The position numbers and the translations under genes were made by a program. Below, in pieces: positions 39,601-50,930 of a stretch of DNA of 64,000 nt; within the stretch, counting starts at the first letter, position 1, and each line of letters opens with the position of its first letter. The notes below the pieces were generated by a model. That model saw only the letters and a program-made list of their open reading frames with translations. It made no database searches and was not told the DNA's origin. The stretch is from Callorhinchus milii (Eukaryota), in contig NW_024704742.1 of assembly GCF_018977255.1 (NCBI RefSeq), positions 11,162,001-11,226,000 on the forward strand, in the 5' to 3' direction.

Positions 39601-40411
39601 GATGGTTAATTTGTGGTCCCATCTGTCTCTTGAGGTGGATGTTAAAGATGCTATGACACAACTTAAAAAGAGAGGCAAACTTCTCCCAGTGCCCTAGCCA
39701 ACACTTGGTCATTTTACTTTATGGCTGTATGTAGATCCTTGATGTGTGCAAAAAGTTGCTGTGTTTGCTTCCAAATACACAGTCACTACACCTTAGAATA
39801 AAAAAGAAGTGAGACTGCTAACAACTGAGTCAGGCTGACACCTAGCAGTGTAATCCTGTTTCTATTCATGTTTGAATGGTTCAACATGAGTTTGAATCAC
39901 TTTGCATTCTAAAGAACTTAAATGCTTACACATTCAATAATGGGCACCTCCTACGAAAGCCTTAGGCTGCCTATTGACAGTTCTAGAGTTAAGCTTGTAC
40001 AGATCAAAGTACTGAATTGACATTATTTGATTCATCATAAACTTAGTAAAATGCTAATAAAATCAGACTCAATTATTGATTGAGCACTTTAGTGCGTTTA
40101 ATTCGGGAGTGTCCCAGGATAGTAGAGTAGCGCACTCATTTACACAACGGGGTCCTGGATAAACTAAAAATGCCCATAAGCCCAGTGTTCCCATCACAGT
40201 CAATATTGGCCAGTGCTTCACAGTTAATGAGCCCAGCACACAATATCCAATCGGTATTCACTTTTTTAAAAAAAACCTTGATGCTATGATTCAATGACAA
40301 TGATAGACTCTGCTGTATTCCCAAACTGAGGTTGACAGACTCAGCTTTCAGTCTCAAGTCATTCCGTCTATCCCCTTGCTACAAGAAACCAAAACAACCT
40401 TTATTGTTTTA

Positions 40412-40640
40412 TACAAGGAATCTAAGCAATAGTTTATTTTATGTGCACTATCTTATTGAAAAGTATCACAGGATCATAAAATCAGTTTGCATGAAGAAGG
40501 CCCTTCCGCACATTTGATCTCATCCTTCCAGAGATCAAATGTGCGGAAGGGCCTTCTTCATGCAAACTGATTTTATGATCCTGTGATACTTTTCAATAAG
40601 ATAGTGCACATAAAATAAACTATTGCTTAGATTCCTTGTA
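40412..40640. repeat. Perfect inverted repeat, 110-bp arms with a 9-nt spacer
   Basis: 40412-40521 is the exact reverse complement of 40531-40640. Confidence 0.97.
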
Positions 40641-41436
40641 CCCAACCCTCAATCTTCCCATCACAGATTTAAGCTGCTTTCTAAATGAGTCCATGTCTGG
40701 ATTCAACCACTTTTCCTGATAACCTGTTCCAGTTGCACTTGCAATTATCGCTTTGAGATATCTCAAAGACATAGTAAGACGCTATTTCAAATGCAAGGAT
40801 TATTATTATTGTTACTCATTCCTCTTAACACTGGGGATCATTCTCGATAGCTGTCCTCTGCATTGCAACTAAGGTTTGGGCAGCCCCCTTATGTAACTCC
40901 CAGGAATTATCTCCTTGACTAAAGTGTGTGGCACTTTGGAAAGCAAGCGCTCCAGGGTGTAGTTGCTGTGTTCACTTCACACTGCTTTAGTGGCAGGTTA
41001 GATCTGTGGGCTCTGCTGTTGTAAACCTGGAGCTGACAGTTGTGTAATGTCACCCGTTAATAGCAGTCTACAGAAAGGTTAGTTGACCCAACTAGTGTGC
41101 TCAGTGTAAAGAAACACATTGGCAGGAAGCTAATGCCTGAGCTTCAGATAAGTTCCTTTCTGAAGCTGAGGCATGGCCTTGGTCCAAATCACTTTTGCAG
41201 ATTTGTTTAAACCAAAATTATAATCCAGGTATTCTCCGGCTAGTGATCTGCCCCTTGACACAGCTACAGTTCTACGTTGGAGCCTGAACAGAGGCTGAGA
41301 GCTTCCTTCATTTCGCATATACGAAATGGATTTCATCATCATTCATACAGATGACGAAATGGCCGATTTCCGGGATAGATTGAATATAGGCTCTTTATCT
41401 AATTTGCCTTACCAAAAGTAAAACACGCCTGTAACG

Positions 41437-41549
41437 CCCTGACCATTTCCCCCTTGCGCGTGTTCTGACCCAACTGTACAGCGCCTTGGGACGTCCTCCC
41501 GACATGAAAGGCGCTCAATAAATGGAATCTTGTTGTTGTTGTTGTTGTT
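41437..41549 (+). mobile_element. Very short young L2 3' end
   Basis: Matches 54452-54559, including the stem-loop and (TTG)n. Confidence 0.85.
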
Positions 41550-42049
41550 ATTCTTTTACAGCTGCTGTGCTATTTGTTCGTTTACCGCTGGATGGGGAAG
41601 TGGCAATAAAGTCTATGAAAGAATGATACAAAAAATACTAAAGCTGTATGATGACTGAAGCAATCTTTTCACCTTAGTTTTAATCCAGCTCAGACAGATG
41701 AGATGAAGGGTTCCTTATCTGTTAAAGATCCAAGTTAAATCAATTTGCATAGACTGAATCCAGTTTCCAGTGGAGGCAAGTCCAATGCACAATACGGCTT
41801 TGAACAATAACACTTAATTGGCATCATTCGGGATTTGGTCAAAGGGCAGAGAGGATTGGAAAATGAAAAAGTTAGAATGTTTTGCAAGGTTCTTTGTCTG
41901 AAACTGAATGTATCGTACAATATAATGGCTAACACTGGTGTACAGCATGCACCATATGAAACTTAACACATATGCCTTTTGTACTGGAGACATTATGCTT
42001 TCATATAGTACCATGGATTTCATTTATGTGGCTTCTGTTTCAAATGAAT

Positions 42050-42865
42050 TCAACAACAACAACAACTTGGATTTATATAGCAGCCTCCACCCTGGACGGC
42101 ATCTCAGAGCGCTTTACAGTAACGGATCCCGGGACCGAGCCAGGGGGAGGTGGGGGGAATATGACCAATGGCACAGTCAAAAAGAAAGGTCTTCAACAGA
42201 GACCTGAAAATGGGAAGGGAGGGAATGAGATGAAGGGAGTGAGGAAGGCAGTTCCATAGCCTCGGGCACAGTGGCTGAAGGCCACCGAGGGCGTGGAGGA
42301 CTCGGAGGATGAGGAGGAGGCCAGACCCAGAGGAACGAAGGCAACGGGTACTGCTTTGAGGAGAGAGGAGGTCAGAGAGGTAGGGGAAGAGGACTGCAGG
42401 GACTTGAATACAAGGGTGAGGATCTTGAAGTCGATCCTCTCTGGGATAGGCAGCCAGTGCAGTCTGGCAAGGACTGGGGTGATTGGGGAGCAGAGTTTCG
42501 TGCGGGTGAGAATGCAAGCGGCAGAGTTTTGAATGACCTGGATTTTATGGATGGTCGTGGATGGGAGACCGGCGAGGAAGGCATTAGAGTAGACCAGCCG
42601 AGAGGTGACAAAGTAATGTACCAGGGTTTCAGCGCCTTTTGGAGAGAGGTATTGGCGGAGACGGGTGATGCGTCGGAGGTGGAAGAAAGCGGTGCTGGTG
42701 AGGGACTGGGTGTGGAGGAGGAAGGATAATTGGGGGTTGAACCTGACACCAAGGTTGCTTACGGGTTCGGAGAGTTTTAGGGGGAGGTTGGGTAGGTGGA
42801 GGAGGTGGGAGCCGTGAGATTTTAGACAAGAGCCAAGGAGTATGGCTTCCGTCTTGTCAACGTTC
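42050..42865 (-). mobile_element. L2 second-family 3' fragment
   Basis: Reverse complement closely matches 58900-59712. Confidence 0.85.
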
Positions 42866-42981
42866 CATCAACATCGCTATTTATTTTGCTGCCAAATAAC
42901 AACAATTGTACCTTGGTGGACTTTCATTTCTGTGATAATTGTGTTCAGGAGCTGACATTGAGAAATACCTAAGGTACTTGT

Positions 42982-45690
42982 GGAGTCCTTTAGCTCAGCG
43001 GCATGTCGGGAGGACGTCCCAAGGCGCTGTACAGTTGGGTCAGGACCCGCGCAAGGTAAAGGACTCAGTGCCTTGCAAGCGAGAGACCTAGATTTGATTC
43101 CCGGCAGGGCAAAATGTTGGGCAAGTTTCCTTACTCCACATGCCGCTGTTTACCTAGCAGTAAGGAGGAACCTGGTCGTTAGTTGATTTGCAGATCACTT
43201 TTCTGGAGGTAATAATTTCTTCCTCTAAAAAATACTAATAATAAATTAGTCATTCAATTCACGACAATATGATTGAATTCTGCATTAAGTTAGAGAGGGA
43301 TATAGTTAAATCCGAGGCAAGTATTCTGAATTTAAATAGGGCTAATTTTGTGGGTATGAGGAAAGATGTAGGTAAAATAGCTTGGAGAATAAGATTAAGA
43401 GGTAAAAATGTAGACCAACAGTGGCAAATATTTAAGGATGTAGTGCAAAACTCTCAGCGGTCGCATATTCCCTTGCAGAATAAGAGTACCACAGGGAAAG
43501 CAATTCATCCGTGGCTAACTAGAGCAGTTAGGGAAAGCATCAAATTAAAAGAAAAGACTTATAAAACTGCCAAGAAAAGCGGCAAATCTGAAGATTGGGA
43601 GAGTTTTAGAAACCAGCAAAATAAAACTAAAAATCTCATTAAGAGCGAGAAAAAGGAGTATGAGGGTAAGCTAGCCAGGAACATTAAGTCTGATTGTAAA
43701 AGTTTCTACAAATATATTAAGAGGAATAGGCTGGTGAGGGTAAATGTAGGTCCACTACAGTCAGAGACAGGAGAAGTTATAATGGGGGACAAGGACATGG
43801 CAGAGCCCCTAAATGGGTACTTTGCATCTGTCTTCACCCTAGAAGACACAACAAGTCTGCCAACAATAGAGATGCACCAAAGGGATAAGGACAGGGAGCA
43901 ACTTAGGGAAATTTTCATTAGTAGAGAATTGGTGCTAGGGAAACTGTTAGCACCAAAACGTGACAAATCCCCTGGTCCGGATGGTTTGCATCCCAGGGTT
44001 TTAAAAGAGGAGCTTATGAGACAGTGGAGGCCTTATGTCTGATTGTCCAAAATTCCTTGGATTCTGGAACAGTCCCCATGGATTGGAAGATCGCAAAAGT
44101 CACACCACTATTTTAAAAAGGTGGAAAGGAAAAGATGGGAAACTATAGGCCAGTTAGTCTCACATTAGTGATAGGAAAATATTTAGAATCATTGATTAAG
44201 GATGTGGTAGTGCGGTATTTAGGGAAGCACAATATAATTAGGCCAAGTCAACATGGCTTTACAAAAGGGAAGTCATGTTTGCCAAATCTCATTTAGTTTT
44301 TTGAGGATATTTCCAGTAAACTAGATAAGGGTGAATCAGTGGATGTGGTCTATTTGGACTTCCAGAAGGCATTCGATAAGGTGCTGCATAAAAGGTTAGT
44401 CCAAAAGATAAGGACCCATGGAATTGGGGGGAGCATATTAAAGTGGATTGGGGAATGGTTAACGGGTAGGAAACAAAGAGTAGGGATAAACGGGTCCTTT
44501 TCGGATTGGCGGGATATGACTAGTGGAGTGCCACAAGGATCAGTCCCTGGGCCTCAGCTATTTATCATCTACATCAACGATCTAGATGAGGACATCAAAG
44601 TTAATGTATCTAAATTCACGGATGACACAAAACTAGGAGGAAGTGCCAACACAGAGGACGACATTAAAAAAATGCAGTGAGACATAGATAGGTTAGGTGA
44701 TTGGGCAGGTAGGTGGCAGATGAAGTATAATGTAGGGAAGTGCGAAGTCATCCACCTAGGGAGTAAAAACAGTAGAGCGGGTTATTTTTTAGAAGGGGAG
44801 AGATTGGAATGTGTTAGCGTCCAGAGGGAATTGGGTGTCCTTGTACACCAATCGCAGAAAGTTAGTCTGAAGGTGCAGCAGCAATTAGGAAGGCGAACGG
44901 TATGTTAGCATTCATTATGAAAGGATTAGAGTATAAGAGTAGGGAAGTCTTGCTGCAACTGTATAGGACCCTGGTGAGACCACACCTGGAATACTGTGTG
45001 CAGTTTTGGTCTCCTTATTTAAGGAAGGATGTACTTGCCTTGGAGGGGGTGCAGCGTAGATTTACTAGGTTAGTTAGTGCCAGGGATGAAGGGGATGAGT
45101 TACAAGGATAGGCTGACCAATTTGGGCCTATATTCTCTAGAATATAGAAGAATTAGAGGGGATCTTATAGAAGCCTATAAGATCATCAAAGGGCATGATA
45201 GAGTAGATAGTGGGAGATTGTTTCTCCTGGTTGGAGAAACTAAAACCAGGGGTCACAACCTTAAAATCAGAGGCCAGCCCTTTCGCACTGAGAAAGAACT
45301 TCTTCACTCAAAGGGTGGTGAATGTATGGAACTCACTACCCCAAAGGGCTGTTGACGCTCAGTCCTTGAACAAATTCAAGACTGAGATAGATAGATTTCT
45401 TATTGCAAAAGGGATTAAGGGATACGGGGATAAGGCGGGGTCAGGTTATTAGCTGGAGTTAGATTAGAAGATCAGCCATGATTGAATGGCGTGGCAGGCT
45501 CGAAGGGCCGAATGGCCTACTCCTGCTCCTACATGTTATGTTTATGTTATGTTTGTGGGACACTGCTGTAGGAAATTGGCTGCTACGTTTCACCCACACA
45601 ATGCACAGCCAATTCACTTTACTGTGAAGCACTTTGAGGCGTCTCGAAGATGTGATAAGCTGCTATTTCAAATGCAAGGATTATTATTAT
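42982..45690 (+). mobile_element. tRNA-Ala-like SINE split by the CR1 insertion (parts 42982-43266 and 45550-45690)
   Basis: The SINE consensus 'cacgac|tgtttgtggg' is interrupted exactly by the CR1. Confidence 0.85.
43267..45550 (+). mobile_element. 5'-truncated CR1-clade LINE (HER1-like) with disrupted ORF2, inserted in a SINE
   Basis: CR1 motifs (KSPGPDGLHPRVLKE, DVVYLDFQKAFDKV, SGVPQGSV.GP.LF, KFTDDTKL, RPHLEYCVQFWSP, TRGHNLKI), CR1 3' UTR 'gatcagccatg...ggcctactcctg' and a TATGT-type tail. The SINE resumes at ~45550. Confidence 0.95.
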
Positions 45691-46286
45691 TACAGCACCT
45701 GTCGTGAGTGCTTTGATCTCTTTGGCCTGATGTGTCTGGAATCTTTGTAGCGTACGGCGGGGACAGGGAGAATATTTGCATTCAGTCATCTTAGACTTGT
45801 CTAAAGTATGGCAAATCAAATCTGGCAAGTGTTGCAGTTCTTATTCTTGCCTTGACGTGTTGAATCCTATCATAAAGAGCCCCCTTATAAAGTGCCTGGC
45901 TTAGTTGATAGCACGCTCATCTCTGAGTCAGAAGGTAATGGGTTCAAGCCCTACCTCAAGACTTTGAACTCACAGTCTAACTGACACATCAATGATATGC
46001 TGCTGTGCCTTTCAGATGAGACTTCAAACTAAGGTGCTGTCTTCCTGTTCAGGTAGACGATAAGGTCCCATGGCACTATTTCAAAAAGGTAAGAGAGTTT
46101 CTCAAAGTGCCCAAATAAAACGAATCATAGCTATTTGTGCGACATTGTTGTGTGAAAATTGGCTGCCACTTTCACCTACCAAAAACACAGTCACTACAAT
46201 TTACAGCAAGATCCTGCAAAGCGATTTGAGATTTTCTGAAACATGATAAGGTGATACATCAAATGCAAGGATTATTATTACAATAT

Positions 46287-46646
46287 AGTCCTGTAGCTTA
46301 GTGGTTAGATTCACCTTGCAAGTGAGAGGACCTAAGTTCGATTCCTGGCAGGACGTATTGTTGGAGAGGTTTCCTTATTCCACACGCCTTTGTTCATCAA
46401 GCAATAAATAGGAACCAGTTGTTAGTCAATTGGAGGATCACTTTTCCTGGGGTAATAATTCCTTCAAAAAATATTGTTCATTCAATCCACAACTGTTCGT
46501 GGGATACTGATGTTCGCAATTGTCTGCTGTGTTTCGCCTACAAAATATACAGTCAATTCACTTTCCAGTATCTTCTGTGAAGCACTTGGAGATGTCTCGA
46601 AGGCATGATAGGGCACTATATCAAAGGCAAGGATTATTATGATTAT
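46287..46646 (+). mobile_element. tRNA-Ala-like SINE, long-body subfamily
   Basis: Head 'agtcctgtagcttagtggttag', central block and tail. Confidence 0.85.
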
Positions 46647-47389
46647 AAAGCTGGTTTGTTCATATAGCAGTTGAGCTGCAAGTGGCTTCTCACAGTTAGT
46701 TTTCTGTGCACTAAAAATAGCCAAGTCAACGTCACTTTGCGTTAGCTGCTTATTTACAATATGCATAGTGAACATTGTATAGGATGTGACATTGGCAGCG
46801 ACCTAACAACCCGGAAGTTGCCCATTTTTTAGCACAGGAAGCCAGCCGGCTTTCTGCGCACATTACAGTGACATTAGTTGTTATGTGACTGGTGATATCA
46901 TGCTGTGGAAGTACTGACTGCTCTTCTAAAGTACCCCATTATAAGGTGAGATGAAATTTTATTGACCACTTTATAATTGCGTTCTGTCGTGCACATTGTG
47001 ACTAGGGGATGGAAATGATCAAAGTACAAAATGAGGTCTGATATGTAAGATTCTCAAAAGGATTTGTGAGTAGTCCTGCAGGTATTCGGGGGTATCTGAG
47101 ACTGATCCACAGGAGCTCTTTTGAGACATCGGTCTCACACCAGGATCCAAAATCCCCTTGTGGCCACAGTTCAGCTTGTGGAGGTTGTAACTGAAAGTGT
47201 GAATTCTTGCCAAAATTATTTCTGTACTCTGTGAAGCAACAGCAAACCAGAATTCTTCATGTTCAGAAAGTATAATGATGGCATTGAAATCTTGAAATTC
47301 AGAGAGGTGGGGGGTGCGAGTTTCACTGGAAACCTAAATAATTATTTGAAGGGATAATAGATTTGTGGGTCTCAATTTCAGAGCATATA

Positions 47390-47700
47390 AAAAGGGTTTG
47401 ATAAGGGTAACATAAATAGGCTGTTTCCATTGCTTGGGGAGCCTGTAACCAGGGGACACATATTTAAGATAGTGACTTGGGGATCTATAAGAAAATTTAC
47501 TGCTTCATGCAGAGGGTAGTGAACTCCCTACTGAAGCAGTGGTTGAATCAGATAGTCTGGATGCATTCAAGAGGAAGCTTGACCTGCACATGAGGGAGAG
47601 GGGAATAGAACAGTGTGGGGAGGAAGTAAGGAAAGGGTGAAAACTCGTGTGGAGTATAAACATCAGCACGGACTGGTTGAGTTGAGTGGTCTGTACATCT
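47390..47700 (+). mobile_element. CR1 3' fragment
   Basis: 'aagggtttgataagg', 'accaggggacaca' and 'ttcaagaggaagcttgac' remnants. Confidence 0.7.
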
Positions 47701-49103
47701 TTGTCAATATTTTTAATCTGGAATTTGGCAAATTCTTAAATACTGCCCTAAGTTTGTATCCAGTTTTCTGCAATTTTCTTTTATGAATTACTGAAAGACG
47801 ATTTCAATGTTAAGACTGATTTCAACAGTTTGCCAAACTCTGAACACTACAATGCTACATTAAGTGTAAATTTGTATCCAGATGGAATTTCTTCTGAACG
47901 GTGTGATAGAATCTGTTGTGAAACTTTTTTTGATCCCATACTTTCAGACAGATCGCCATATCAAGTTAATAAAGACGTCCCACCTGAAAGCTACACTTTT
48001 TCGTCCTGTTTTTGAGTGCTGCATCATGTGTTGTAATTCTATACATCATTTGTATATGTAATATTATCATTTATGATATCAAGTTTTATTAGTGGTATTA
48101 TTATATCTTGTCATTAGGTCCTTTGGTATCTGCAACCTGAGTCTTATTATTTTAAATAATAACCTATCCACCAATGTTGGTGATTCTCTAGTGGATTAAA
48201 ATCATTTTTTTTTCTCTGGTAATGATCCGTGTAATTGCAATTTGGAAACAAAGACAAAATAATATGGGGTAGTGTCTTGTTTCAGCAGGGATGCAAAACA
48301 AGCTAACACAACTGATCGCCTATAGTTGCAGAGAAAAAGTTCAAACATGTATGAGCAGCAAAGTGGTTTAGCTTAATTGCAGATGGGATCACCAATGTAT
48401 CGGCTGAAAAGAGATCTCATTATCTATTCATGATGTGCATCATGAGATTACTGGACAAGTTGCAATACGTGAAGATTTTAGTTAGTTCATTGAAGCTTTG
48501 GAAACTAAAGTACTTGGCCCTTGTAGCCTGTAACAGCCTGGGAATAGGCAATGATAAAGGCAAAGCAGCACAAGTAAGAAAATTCACGAGAGTTCAAAGG
48601 CTCAATAAACAATTATCCCTGAAGCTTTGCAGACTGTTTACAAGCTGATTGCCTGTGCCACAAGGAAACTCATGGGTATGTCTCACGCCGCATTCATATT
48701 TCACTGATTTCTGGCAAATATTGATGAGGTCTACAACATGGTATTAAGAGCAGGAGTCCCAAATAACTCCAGAGTGTGAATTGGTAACTTTTGTTGGTAA
48801 CTGGAAATATGTTAACTGACCATTGCAAGCAAGGCTCTAATTTTTTAAAATTTAATAATGATAATAATCCTTGCATTTGGACTCCGGGTTGCAATATACA
48901 TGCAAGTAGTTATTGTTATTGTTGTATTTGATATAGCGCCTTATCACATTTTCAAGATGTCTCAAAGCACTTCACAGAATATACTGTAAAGTGGATTGAC
49001 TATATTTTGTGGGTGAAACGCGGCAGCCAAATGCACAAAGATTTTTTTGAAGGGATTATTACTGCCAGAAAAGCGATCCACCAATCGACTAACAACTAGG
49101 TTC

Positions 49104-49812
49104 AACAACAACAACAACAACAAGATTCCATTTATAGAGCGCCTTTCACGTCGGGAGGACGTCCCAAGGCGCTGTACAGTTGGGTCAGGACCCGAGCAGG
49201 GGGGAAATGGTCAGCGTGAGGGAGGGAGGGGAAGGGGCGAGGAGGGGGTAGAGAGTCGAGAGGGAAGCTGAAGGCACAGTCAAAGAGAAAGGTCTTGAGA
49301 CCGGCCTTGAAGGAGGAAAGGGAGGAGGCGGCGAAGGCACTGGGGGATGGAGTTGCAGAGCCTGGGGGCTGAGAGGCTGAAGGCCCGGCCACCGATGTTA
49401 GGGCGGGGAATGTGGAGCTGACCGGAGCCAGAGGAACGGAGGGTACGGGCAGGTAAGTAGGGGGATAGTAGGTTGGAGAGGTAGGAGGGAGCAAGGTCGT
49501 GAGTGGCCTTGTAGGTGAGGATGAGGATCTTGAATTCGATCCTCTGGGAGATGGGGAGCCAGTGGAGGTGAGCGAGGGTGGGAGTGATGTGGTCGCGAAA
49601 CCTGGTGCGGGACAGTACACGAGCTGCAGAGTTCTGAATGACCTGCAGCTTATGGAGGGAGGTGTCGGGAAGGCCGGCGAAGAGAGAGTTCCCATAGTCC
49701 AGCCTTGAGGTGATAAAGGTGTGGACCAGAGTTTCAGCAGCGTGAAGGGTGAGATAGTGCCATAGTCTGGCGATGTTCCCGAGGTGATAGAAGGCGGTGC
49801 CAGTTGTGGCGC
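49104..49812 (-). mobile_element. Young L2 3' fragment inserted in a minus-strand SINE (host ~48900-49910)
   Basis: Near identical to 53800-54559; GTTC duplicated at 49100-49103 and 49814-49817. Confidence 0.9.
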
Positions 49813-50930
49813 AGTTCCTATTTACTGCTAGGCAAACAGAGACATGTGGCGTAAGGAAACTTGTCCAACGTTTTGCCCTACCGGGGAATCGAACCCCGAT
49901 CCTCTTGCATGCGACCTAGTATTTTGTCCTTAGACTCCAATATCTTACTTGCAGGACAAACTGAACCCAATAATCTCTTCAGTTAATGAGAGTGAAGAGC
50001 AGAACAAACGTTATGTTATTTTGGTAATAAGCACCAAAATAATGCACCAGATACATTCCCTTTCCAGAATCAAGGCATGATGTGTGTTGATCATATTCTT
50101 TAATATGTAGAGCAAGTGCTAAATAGTTAGAGGTGTTCTCTTCTGTATAAGATTTTAAAACAACCTTTCCTTCTGCCTGTTTAAGTTGATGTTTAGGATC
50201 CCAACACACAATCTGAAAAAAGAAGGCAGTTTCTCCTGGTGTCTTGGCCAATTGTACTCTGGATTAATTAGTCATTCATATCAATGGTAATTCGCTATGT
50301 ATATAATCCTACAGTCAATGAGCTCAATGGTATTTCTGTTAAACACTTTGGGACGTTTTGATGTTATAAGTGCTCTGAAATGCGAGGATCATTTGTTTGT
50401 AATGTGTGGACATTGACATTAATCCAATCTGCGGTTTGTGCAGGAATTGAAGATTTTAAGGAGTGGCCCATCTTTCCATTGGATTCAAATGTCTTGGCTT
50501 TAGCAGTCAGTGCCTGTTGTCATTAAGTTGATTTCTTGCATGCAGAACAGTATCAATGTTGTAAATCTTCAAGAATGGTCCAAGGTCAATGGGATGTAAT
50601 TAACAATCCTCACAAACTGAACTTGTTGAGTTAGGTTCTGCATCCTGACTCTCATACAGTTTTGTTTGCCAGTCAAACACAGATTAGGAAACGTAGAAAA
50701 GTCTGGCAAAGTGCAAAGCCCTATATAAAAATGCAAAGATTACTATCATATGAAAATGCTGGAGGGAAATGGGATTCATCAGCTGCAAATATTGCAAACT
50801 TGAAATAGCAAAATAGCAACAAATTCAGTTTGTAAATAATAATAATCTTTGCATTTCATATAGCGCTTTTCACGTCTTCCAGAAGTCTCAAAGCGCTCCA
50901 CAGAATAGACTGTAAAGGGAATTGTCTGTA

